Positions 24,559-35,392 of a stretch of 64,000 nt of DNA are shown in pieces. The position numbers and the translations under genes were made by a program. The notes beneath the pieces are model-generated. The model saw only the letters and a program-made list of their open reading frames with translations, was not told where the DNA came from and searched no databases. How positions within the stretch are numbered: the first letter of the stretch is position 1; each line of letters opens with the position of its first letter. The DNA comes from Azolla caroliniana (Eukaryota > Plantae > Polypodiophyta), in assembly GCA_043228905.1 (NCBI GenBank), contig JBHGNT010000018.1, positions 15,314,001-15,378,000 of the forward strand, read 5' to 3'.

Positions 24559-26422
24559 TGCATGACAAGGAGTTACTAGCTGTGGTCGACTCATTCGAAC
24601 AATGGCGTCATTTTCTAGAAGGATCACCTCATCAGATTATCATTTATAGTGATCACAAAAATCTCACATATTTTCAAACAGCTCGAGTATTAAATAGACG
24701 ACAAGCTCGGTGGGCCCAATTTCTAACGCGTTTCGATTTCAAGATCATTTTTCGCCCCGAAAAACAACAAGGGAAAGCAGATGCTCTGTCTCGGCGTTCG
24801 TATCTAGCACTTCGACCTGGAGATCCGGCCTTTGACAATCAAAAGCAAACTCTCCTCGGGCCATCAAAGCTACAGGTAACAACAATTTATGCCACACCAC
24901 TTGATTCTACCCTTCTTGACACTATTCGGCAACAACTTCATTCGGATGATTTTGCTAAGGATGTCTTAGCCCACTGTGGTTCAAGTCGTCCATCTTGCTC
25001 CACATTGCCAGTGTCATCTCAACATTATCAGGACTTCAAGTGACAAGATGGTTTACTCTTCTACAAGAATCTCCTTTACGTCCCCGACGGATCACCCCGA
25101 CTTCAAGTGTTGGAACATTGTCATGATGCCCCCATGGCTGGACATTTTGGTATTTCCAAGACCATTGAGCTGGTGAAACGTTCGTTTTGGTGGCCTCACT
25201 TGCAAAAATTTGTCGAAGATTATGTTCGCACTTGTGACACCTGCTGTCGTGCCAAAATACCCCGGCATCACCCTTATGGCTTACTACAACCATTACCCCC
25301 TCCCAACAAGCCATGGCAGTCTATTTCTATGGATTTCATTACGGATCTGCCACCTTCCAAAGGCTTTGATACTATTTTAACAGTAGTGGATCGGTTCACC
25401 AAGATGGCACATTTTGTACCATGTGTAAAGACCATCAATAGTGAGGAAACTGCAGATCTCATTATGCGTGAAGTGTTTCGCCATCATGGTCTCCCGAATG
25501 ATATTATTAGCGATCGAGGTCCTCAATTTATCTCACACTTTTGGAAGCACCTATGGGCAAGCCTCAAAATCTCTTGCAAACTCTCTTCGGCTTATCATCC
25601 ACAAACTGACGGACAAACAGAGCGCACAAATCAAACGCTCGAGCAATATCTTCGATGTTTCATTAGTTATCAACAAGATGATTGGAGTAAAATTTTACAT
25701 CTTGCCGAGTTTGCATACAACAACACGGTCCACTCTTCTACCAAAGTTACACCTTTCTTTGCCTACACCGGCAACCACCCTCGATGGTGTATACTGGATC
25801 TTCCTGAAGTGTCATGAAACCCTAGTGCGGCGCATCACCTCCACCGACTACAACAAATCCAGTTCGAGTTATCGTCACATCTTCAGAAAGCGCAAGCACA
25901 CCATAAGACCAATGCCGATCGAAATCGTCTTAAGTCTCCGTTTAAGGTTGGTGACCGTGTATGGTTGCTTCGTCGTCACATCAAGACTACCCGACCGTGT
26001 GCTAAGCTTGACTATCAATGCTTAGGTCCTTTTGTCATCACGGCGCAGATTAATGATGCAACATTTCGTCTTAACCTTCCTGCACATATGCGGCTTCACC
26101 CTGTCTTTCATAGCTCTCTTTTGGAACCTTGCCACACCTCTTTAATTCCTGATCGTGTCGTGCCACCACCGCCTTCTATACAACTTGTGGACGGCCCCGA
26201 ATACGAGGTAGCTGCTATTCTAGATTCTAAGATTGTGCACAATAAGCTTTATTATCTAGTTGATTGGCTTGGTTATCCTCCGAGTGATCGCACTTGGGAA
26301 CCCATCGATAACGTTTGTAATGCTGAAGCTCTGGTCAACGACTTCCATCGTCACTATCCAAACAAGCCCGGCCCAACAATGTTAACGCCGACTTCCACTC
26401 GGCGTTCTCGAAGGAGGGATAG
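24559..26422 (+). pseudogene. Chromovirus RNase H (partial)-integrase-chromodomain
   Basis: HDKELLA, SDHKNL, KADALSR; HD..MAGH..C..C; SDRGPQF, HPQTDGQTER; GPF motif; chromodomain EYEVAAILD..YLVDWLGY..TWEP; in-frame TGA at 25041 and 25815. Confidence 0.93.
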
Positions 26423-26831
26423 TGTCATGAACACATGACCATTATGGCATCACCCGGACTTGAACCTCGAACCTTGTAATTCATACTTGAAAACCTCAAC
26501 CATTAAGATAGCTTATTGTTATATGAAACAATAAAAGCTACTTTTTGTATTACATTGATTATTGTAAAAACTCTAGATTATTCTAGAATGTTCTAGAATG
26601 TCCTAGAGCATTCTGGGTCTAGAACATTCTAGAACATTCTAGAAATCTCTAAGCTATTCTATAGGAACCTATAAATAAGCGCATACATGTATTCTCAAAT
26701 CAATTCGAATCAACACCAGTCTTTAGCTCTCATTACATATGTTGTATCTATTCTCTTTCTTTCTCTATCTTATACATTCATTCTTCTCTATCCTTCTTCC
26801 ATCACTCTATCTTTTATCCTTGGTTCTGACA
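26423..26831 (+). repeat. Chromovirus 3' LTR
   Basis: TGTCA...TGACA after PPT GAAGGAGGGATAG. Confidence 0.95.
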
Positions 26832-26836
26832 CTCCG

Positions 26837-27098
26837 CCCGCACCTCGAGCACCTCCGCATGGATGCTCGGCATCACCACTCGAGGGAACCCGGCAAGACG
26901 CCTCTCTTCCGGAATGTCCCGCATCAGCATTTTTGCCCCGTAGGACGCCAAATACTTCGTGGCATCCTTTCCGCTGAACCGGCCGATCGTACCGACAACC
27001 GCCTCAATGGCTCTGTCGAGGGCACCGGTGCCCTCGCGTGTGCTCAATATCCGATCCACGGCCGAAGACATGGCCTCTGCAAGATCCGACCCCCTCAT
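26837..27098 (-). pseudogene. G2 gag N-terminus
   Basis: MRGSDLAEAM...IGRFSGKDATKYL; joins 21923 across the TSD. Confidence 0.8.
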
Positions 27099-27120
27099 CT
27101 TCTGCTCTTCTGCCGCCTCC

Positions 27121-27138
27121 TTCACGTCGGGTTCACCA
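27121..27138 (-). promoter_or_regulatory. G2 PBS complementary to the tRNA-Trp 3' end
   Basis: Plus strand TTCACGTCGGGTTCACCA matches the 3' 18 nt of plant cytosolic tRNA-Trp as I recall it; 3 nt from the LTR. Confidence 0.85.
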
Positions 27139-27141
27139 AGA

Positions 27142-27786
27142 TGTCGAGGTATTCCTCGCGGATGCGTGGAATGAGGCGGGGCCTCGGGGGTCTTGTACCG
27201 AAGAGCAAGAGACAAAGGAGAAGGGAAGGGACCCACAATGTGCGAGCGTAGATCCACAGGGACACGGCCCTTCGACACAAAGACGCGAGCGGGAAACCGA
27301 CTCAGAGAGACACGAAGGTATGTATGTATATATTAACAGAGACGAACAACAAGAAGCACGAAGTCGGTTACAACCAAACAGGCCGGCGAACAGATGCCGA
27401 TGCCTGTTCGTAAACGCTCAGAAAGAAAGGAGTAGGTTCGAGGTGCTGCCGGAAGCACTCGGGCATTCCTCAGAGCAGCGCGAGCCTCCCTGAAACCCTG
27501 CACAGAAAGAAGCTACGGACTATGGAAGAGAGAGAAGCCTTCGGTCCACAACCCGACAGCACTTCGTCCTCTCTCCACGCGATCCCCCCACTCCTCCTCG
27601 TCTCCCTCCTTTTATAGGCAAGAAAGGAGCCGTTTCCCATTAACTTCCTACCTACTGAATCTACCTACCTAGGATCTTCTATGTACCTAATTCCCTCTTA
27701 TGTACTACATAAGACGCACGTGCATGAAGAGCCGGTTCCTACGCTCCGGTGACCGATTCCGCTTGTGGACGGTTTTCTTCACGACA
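27142..27786 (-). repeat. G2 5' LTR
   Basis: TGTCG...CGACA termini. Confidence 0.95.
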
Positions 27787-28436
27787 ACGCATAACACGAA
27801 CTTATATCTCAATGACACAAACCTCTCGTTAGGTCGGCACATCCCCTAACATAGTAACTTCGGTACTCTCGTTTAGGTCTTAAAATGATGTTGTGTGTAT
27901 GTGTATGTATTTTTCTTTTTACTTACTATGAGTTGTCGTGAAGTTTGAAGATTCTGTGTATGCCCTTTGGTTTTTGGAATTTTATTAGCTGCCCTTGAGT
28001 TTTTAAAACTCTTTTAGCGGCCCTTGGGTTTTTGAAATTTCTTTTGATGCCCTTATGTTTCTGAAATCTTGTTGAATGCCCCTAGCGTTTTTCTTCTCTC
28101 CTTTTCTATATTCTTCTTTGTTTCTGTCTTTTTCTATTCTTTTTTTGTTCTTTTCTTCGTCTTCTCTTGTTTCTGTCTGTCATTGTCTTCTCTCTGTTTC
28201 TTCTCCTTATACCTCTATGTCCCTATCTACAGACAAGAATGTGCGTGTTCTCTCTTTCTTTCTGTGTCTCGGCCATCTCCTTGCTTGATTGTTGATGCTT
28301 CTTGTTTTGTTTCTTTCTCCTTCTTCAGTGCTTGATTCCCCTCTCTTGGGTCTATCCACTCAAGTGAAGCCCACAACATGGAGCCGACTCAGAGTCGGTT
28401 GAGCACCGAATTGGCTTAGGGCCAAAAAGGTGAAAA

Positions 28437-28440
<4 letters not shown>

Positions 28441-28506
<66 letters not shown>

Positions 28507-28566
28507 TGTATGTATGTATGTATGTATGTATGTATGTATACCCTATTTTCTTTTATGTGTATTTTG

Positions 28567-28605
<39 letters not shown>
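28441..28605. repeat. Compound microsatellite (TA)n(TATG)n...(GT)n
   Basis: Direct reading. Confidence 0.95.
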
Positions 28606-28607
<2 letters not shown>

Positions 28608-29605
28608 CACAAGTATATAGACGTTGGACAACAAGGAGAAAAACATAAAAGGAGGAGGAAATAGAGCGGGAGCTGGTTTTTCTGAGAACATATAGAAAAT
28701 CAGAAAACAGTGAGAAAAACTGAAAAACAATGAAAGAGAGAGAGAGAAAGGAAAAACAGAAAACGAAAGAGTGAGAAAGAGGAAGAACGTTCTACCAACG
28801 CAGAGACAGAGACCTACGAAGGGTTGTTCATGTTGTCAGAGAACCACGATTGAATAGCACCTATCCTATCTACTTGTATCAGGTTTCTTCATTTTATGTT
28901 TTTCTTATTTCCGTTTTCTATCCACCTAGTTGGGTGAGGAATTATAATCTTGATTATTGCTTGTTGGTTTTTCCACCCAATCGAGTGACAATTGTAGCCA
29001 AGGTTGTTGCCTTGAGGCTAGCACATTTCTTGTGCTTATTGTTGTATTATCCACCCAATCGGGTGACGATTGTAGCCAAGTTTGTTGTTGTATTATCCTC
29101 CCAATCGATGTCCACTTGTCGGTTGTCAGACGTCGGATTCACATTTGCAGACATCTAGCTCCTCCTTCATACGTAGGAAACCGTCAAGCATTCTCATTTT
29201 CACCATGGATTTTCTGCGCTCTTCAACTCTTCCTTTGCTGGTGGCTCTCTTCATAGCAGGAAGCACCACCGCAAACTCAAGTCTAGTCATTTCCTCTCCC
29301 TTGCCTGAATCGCTCCTTTGTCAACAATCTGAAAAGAGTCAAACAAAGTTGTCCTAATAATTAGACAGTGCCACTTTGATTACACAACTACTAATAGAGA
29401 GTTGCAAGATATCATAAGCACAAAGACCACCTCAAGCAAGAATGTTTCCTTGCAAAACTCCAACAATTGGTGGTATCTCTTTTGATTGGTTCTAGAAATG
29501 ATTGATATAGGATACACAGGGAGTGGGGTGAAATCATTGAATAATGTAATTAATATTGCAAATTCCCATTGGCTTGGATCAAAATCTATCTGTATATTTG
29601 GGTAG

Positions 29606-30023
29606 TTGAAAATTATATATTGGGTGTTTAAGAGACTGGGAGATAGAGATGAATAGGAAGGCTACACCTGCAGAAGAGCTAAGAGACTTCTTCTCAAGGG
29701 GGGTTGGCCGTAGGGCGTGCAATTGTTGATGGGTGGTTGAAAAACAGAGTAAGGCTTACAGATGTGGTTTATGTAGGTATGCAAAGATGTATGTGGAGGG
29801 AGGTTGATCTATTATTGAAAATTATATATTGGGTGTTTAAGAGACTGGGAGATAGAGATGAATAGGAAGGCTACACCTGCAGAAGAGCTAAGAGACTTCT
29901 TCTCAAGGGGGGTTGGTCGTAGGGCGTGCAATTGTTGATGGGTAGTTGAAAAACAGAGTAAGGCTTACAGATGTGGTTTATGTAGGTATGCAAAGATGGA
30001 TGTGGAGGGAGGTTGATCTATTA
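29606..30023. repeat. Tandem duplication, 2 x 209 bp
   Basis: 29606-29814 is repeated at 29815-30023 with about 3 substitutions. Confidence 0.92.
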
Positions 30024-30049
30024 TGTCTAATCAAGGGATTGTGGGTTTG

Positions 30050-30361
30050 TATCCCACCAAGTGTGCCAATGTTGATGGGTGGGGGATGGAGCCATTCTCA
30101 AGGGGGTTGAGCGTTAAGGAGAGAGACAAAGAGAGACAAAGAGAGAGACACACAATTTTGAGAGGAAACTTCTTCTATTATCATTCATGCCCCATGGGTG
30201 GGGTTATATGGGTAGTATGCGAGGGTCACAATCCAAGAAAATACAATGAGACATTTAGGGTAGCTATATACCCTTCTAACAAACTACACCCGCTTTACAA
30301 CACTCTTCGATTTTGCACACATGCACACAAATGTGGATGTGTTTACACATATATCAATATA
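30050..30361 (-). mobile_element. Truncated family-X LTR (30070-30361) with an adjacent degenerate PBS-like TGGCACACTTGGTGGGA
   Basis: Homologous to 15337-15600; the PBS resembles the tRNA-Arg type TGGCACGCCCGGTGGGA. Confidence 0.55.
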
Positions 30362-30372
30362 TTGTTACAATA

Positions 30373-32077
30373 TGTTACCGGAGACACCTGGTTCTCAAGC
30401 AAAAATTGAGAAAGACAATAACCTAACACTAAAGATAGAAATACACATATGCAGAGACATAAGCTTTAATGTGGAAAACCCTGAATGGGAAAAACCATGG
30501 GAACCCATAGACTCCGAAACAATATCACTAACTAGAGAGGAATATACAAAATACTCTAAGGCCACAATCTTGAACTCAACGTCGTCTTACAGACGGTTAC
30601 AACACTCACACTCTCTCTATACACACTCTATATGCCATCCCTGATTGCCCTAGGTATCTATATATACCCATACACAATATGGGCTATTTACAAATATAGC
30701 CCAAATCAGCTGAATCGGACACAATCCTGATCGGCTACGGGCTTATCAACCTTCATCCAATCCGGTTCTCTACTGATTTGGCACTCGACTAATCCAGCTT
30801 TTTCAAACTCATCCCATTCAGAGGGACTAGTTATCCCAACAACTCCCCTTTCACTCCGGGATGGTGTAATTTAGTAGACCTACTTTCTGCCAGCATGCCT
30901 TAGCTTGTCCATTGACAACACCTTCATCATCATGTTTGATCTGTTTTCCTCCATGTGGATCTTCACAAGAATGAAATCCCTTTCTTCTACCCTCTCTGTA
31001 AGCCAATGATATATCCTATGAATAGGCTTAGCTCTAAAGGGGTGGGTGGCATTCTTAACAAGATGGATGGCACTTTGATTGTCATAGTGCAGTCAGAACT
31101 GTTCCTGCCTCATTCCCAACTTGTTAATGAAATATCTCATCCATATGATTTCCTTCCCAGTTTCGACAGTAGCCATATACTCCACTTTTGTGCTCAACAG
31201 AGCCACAACCTTCTACAATCTTGACTACCACGAAATGGCTCCCCTTGCAAACATCATCACGTATCTGGACGTGGACCAATTGGTATCTACATCAGCCGAC
31301 ATGTCGAAATCCATGAACCCTCCCAATACGGGGTTACCTGAGTCGAATCAGAGACACATGCTTGATGTCCCTCTTAGGTACGAGAGTATCCACCTGACCC
31401 CAACCCAATACTCCTTGCCGAGATTACTCATAAATCAATTGACTACAACAATAATATATGCAATGTACGGCTTGGTGCAGACCATTGCATACATCAAACT
31501 TCCGACTACTAAGGCATCGGGGACCTTGTCCATCTCAGCTTTCTTTGTCTTCGTCTTTGGACATTAGTTTCCACTCAACTTATTGTTTGTCGGCAATGTC
31601 GAGCCGACTAGCTTCGCATCCTGCATGTTGAATCTCTGGAGCACCTTTGTAACATATTTCGCAACCACAATAGCTTCTTTGTCCTGTCCCAAACAATGGG
31701 CATTCCCCAAATCTGTTTTGTCAGACCCATATCCTTCATTGCAAACCACTTGATCAAGGCCTTCTTCAAGCTTGCAATTTTCATCAAGTCATGTCCGACA
31801 ATCAAAAGCTCATCAACATACAACAGGAGGATGAGAAAGTCTCCTTCATCGTATTTCTTCATAAAGACACATTGGTCGGCTTGTGTCTTGTTGAAGCTAT
31901 GATCTACCATGAAGGATTCAAATTTCTGGTACCATTGTCGTGGTGCTTATTTAAGGCCATACAAGCTCTTCCTCAGTTGGCATACCATGTTTTCCATACC
32001 TTTTCCACAAATCCTTCCAGTTCCTACATGTAGATTTCTTCCTCCAAGTCTCCATGCAGGAAAGGAGTTTTGACATC
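30373..32077 (-). mobile_element. Degenerate 3' half of a Tnt1/Tork-like Copia (A2): RT-RH, PPT, 3' LTR (~30373-30841)
   Basis: FLILLLYVDELLIVG and KYVTKVLQRFNM similar to A1; PPT GAAAGGGGAG at 30843-30852. Confidence 0.85.
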
Positions 32078-34013
32078 CTCGATTCGTCTGGTTCCGCGCA
32101 CCTCGACCCCTATGGTCGGCTTGTCTACTCGTCAGGCCCTTCAAAGCTCCCTCGCTATCACGGCATTGGCGCCCCTCACCCGTCTACTCCTTTGTTTCAA
32201 TGTCGGCTTCGGCTGCCCTCTTATCCGCTTGGCCTTCTTATGATTCGGTTGTCCGGAATCAAGCTCCTTGACCGAATCAGTTGTCTTCAATTTGTCTTCT
32301 ATCTTGTCGGAATTGGCTATCTCCGATTCACCTTCCTTTTGGCCTTTGACCACATCTACCCATGTCCTAGACTTGGCCTTCTTCTTCTGGTGGGCTATGT
32401 CCTTCTTGACTCTGCCGCCTACTCCGGTTCTACCTCCCCCTTGATTGGTTGGTTTCGGCTCCAGCTCTTTCCTCTAACTTCGCCCCTGCAACTAGCTAAT
32501 CTCCGCTTGGCTGCACCTCTTCTACTTGACTTCATGTCTCATGTGTCCTCGGCTCCTTCAACCGATCTGGATGTCCAGTCGACTTTTTTAGTTGTTCCGA
32601 AATTGAACTCTTAATCTGATTCAGCTTTCGGAACATTATATCTCTCCATCTTTCCGACTTCACTCCTCCCCCTCAAGTTCGGCATGTCAAGATGTTGTAA
32701 GCCAAGCATGCTCGAAAAATGCCGCAACTTGTCAAGATCGAGAGGTTTGGTAAAGATGTTGGCAACTTGCCGATCGGTGGGAACATGTTGAAGTTCCACT
32801 TCTCTGGAGAGTACTCGCTCATGGACAAATTGGTAATGCACATCAATGTGCTTCGTCCGGGCGTGGAAGACAGGGTTATTGGCGAGTTGGACGCTGCTGA
32901 GGTTGAGGTTGTCGCAGTATATCATTGTCGAGGTCAAATACCTCCATTTGTAGATCCTTCAGGAGCCTCTTGACCCATATGGCTTCGCATGTAGTGACAA
33001 CCACTCCTTGGTGTTCGGTCTCAGTACTCGATAGTGCTACTATTTGTTGTTTCTTGCTGCTCCATGCGATCGCTGCACTTCCCAAGGAAAATGTATATCC
33101 GGAAGTCGATCGACAATCGCCAACATTTCCGGCCCAGTCGGCATCCATGTAGCCGACAAGTTGTCTGGCTACCCTAGTTCGATACAATAACACTCTATCC
33201 TTAGTGCCACTAACATATGTCATGATCCAATGGGCGCACGGAAGGTGTTTGGTAGTTGGTTGCAACATGAATTGACTAAGGTCCGACTGAGTGATAGTCA
33301 ACTAGATAAGGCTTCTGACAATCTGTCGGAATGTGTTGCATCACAAGTCGACAAGGCAAAGCTTATGATTCTAGTTCAGAGGAGTCAAGATGGATCTGTA
33401 ATCCATCACCAAACTTGAAGAGCATATTCAGTACATAATGTCTTTGATTGATTAATATGCCTTTGGGGGTCCGGAACACCTCGATCCCAAGGAAATAAAT
33501 CCTTCATGTTGAATAATGCCGCTAGTTGGGATGTTACACGGCCGATTTCCTTCGGGTTGGCGTTGGTAATGACTAGGTGATCAACATATAGTAAAATGCT
33601 TACCGGCCCACTCCTACATTGTCGGATGACCAACGAGGAGTCCGATTTTGACGGAGCGAATCCCATGTGGTGCAAACGTTGCGTGATCTTCGTGTTCTAG
33701 GCACGCGAGGCTTGCTTCAAATCGTAAAGGGACTTTTTCAGTTGTCACATAGCCGACGTGTTCAAACCGGACTAAAATCCAATAGGTTGCACCATGTACA
33801 CTTCTTCCTCAAGGTCTCCTTGCAGGAATGCGTTCGTGACATCCATTTGGTGCAGATGCCATCCCTTGGCCATCGTTACCGCCAATAGCACCCAATCAGT
33901 TGTCATTTTTGCAACCGGAGAAAACGTTTTAGCATACTCAATGCCATGTTGTTGTGTGTAGCCTTTGGCCACTAATCGGGCCTTGTACCGGTTGACGGAG
34001 TCGTCAATCTTGT
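32078..34013 (-). pseudogene. Degenerate Copia B-like RT-RH-tail fragment
   Basis: [29 protein letters not shown]; tail with a TWVDVVKG variant. Confidence 0.85.
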
Positions 34014-35392
34014 TGTTGAGAATCAAGCTCAACCTAGTGCAACGTGTGAACACATCCTTTGAGAATCTATAATCACTCAATGGTCAAGAGTCACACCACT
34101 ACTCTGTACACATTAACTATGTGTCATAGAATCATATTCTATGACATATAACTAATGAGTTCCATATTTCCAATGACTATGAGTCTTCACATTCCCCAAG
34201 AGAGAGTAGTTGTTGTAGTGAGTTAATGAAGAGAGAGGGTGACATTACATAAAGCACCCTCCTCCTACTTCATATAGTGTCGGTTGTGAGTCCTTGTAAT
34301 GCTACATTTTGTATTTGCTATTCTCCCACCAACTCCGAGTACGAGGATTACGGTGGATTATTCGTAATGAGACATAAAGCGCATGTTATGTCGGCCTCTA
34401 CTTCTACTAGTGCCTTCGGTCCGGAAGACGTATGGTTCATCGATTCCGGTGCCTCAAACCATATGACATCACATCAAGAATGGTTCTAAGAACTTCGAGA
34501 GCCGGACCGACCCAGGTATGTCGAAACCGAAGACGACACTACGCACTTGATTCGGCACATCGGCAATGTTCCGATCAGAAAAGAAGGTAAGCAAACTTAC
34601 ATTAAAAATTTCTTGCATGTACCAACTATCACGAAGAATTTGGTCTCCGTCGGCCAAATTGTAGAGCAAGGAATGTAAGTTTGATTTAATCAAGGCGGTT
34701 GCTTCATCGAAAAAGAGGGCCGACTCATCGTGCGCGGACAGAGAGAGGGCCGAATGTTCATTCTCGACTCACACGAGATGAAATTGGCCATGTTCACAAA
34801 AGGCACGAAGGCTGAGTCCGACATAGAGTTATGGCACAAGCGGATTGGCCATATCAACCTTCAAAAGCTCAAGGCGATGCAATCAAAAGGAGTCATCATC
34901 GGACTCCCGACCTTCAAAGAGAGAGAGATTGAAGGTGTATGTGCGGTTTGCCAATTCAGTAAGCAACATAGGCATCCATTTCTGAAGGAGAGGAATGTAA
35001 GCAAAGCAGACATTCCGCGGATGCCGATACTACGTGACCTTTATTGACGACTTCTCTAGGCACACTTGGATCTACCTGATGCAGTAAAAGAGTGAAGTGC
35101 TCAGACACTTCCAAAAATTCAAGAGTGGAGTCGAAAAAGCTATGAGTCGACACGTACTGTGCCTTCGATCGGATGGAAGCAAAGAATATTTCTCAGATGA
35201 GTTTACGGCGTATTGTCGAAAAGAAGGGATTCGACGAGAATTTTCGTGTTGATATACGCCACAACAGAATGGAGTAGCCGAACGCAAGAATCAGCACATC
35301 CTCAAAGTGGCACGGGTTATGCTTACCAAAAAGCACATCCTCGAAGTGGCATGGGTTATGCTTAGCCGAAATCGTATTGGGCAGAAGCAGCT

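Larger units (their letters stand above)
21929..26831. mobile_element. Rearranged chromovirus G (Tcn1/sushi-like Ty3/Gypsy) with three LTR copies, an internal inversion and no RT
   Basis: LTR pieces at 21929-22219 (+), 22222-22322 (-), 24099-24507 (-) and 26423-26831 (+); TSD CTTCG/CTCCG; the G2 gag frame resumes on both sides. Confidence 0.9.
15877..27786 (-). mobile_element. Full-length Ty3/Gypsy element G2 (same lineage as G1), interrupted by chromovirus G
   Basis: Near-identical LTRs 15877-16522 and 27142-27786; 4-bp TSD ACGC (15873-15876, 27787-27790); PPT at 16523-16535; tRNA-Trp PBS. Confidence 0.95.

Noticed and set aside
28069-28730. Hydrophobic or low-complexity short ORFs
   Set aside because: Translations of CT-rich tracts and microsatellites.
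35293-35364. 33-bp local duplication in C integrase next to the D insertion
   Set aside because: Too long and offset to be D's TSD; looks like an ordinary slippage or repair scar.
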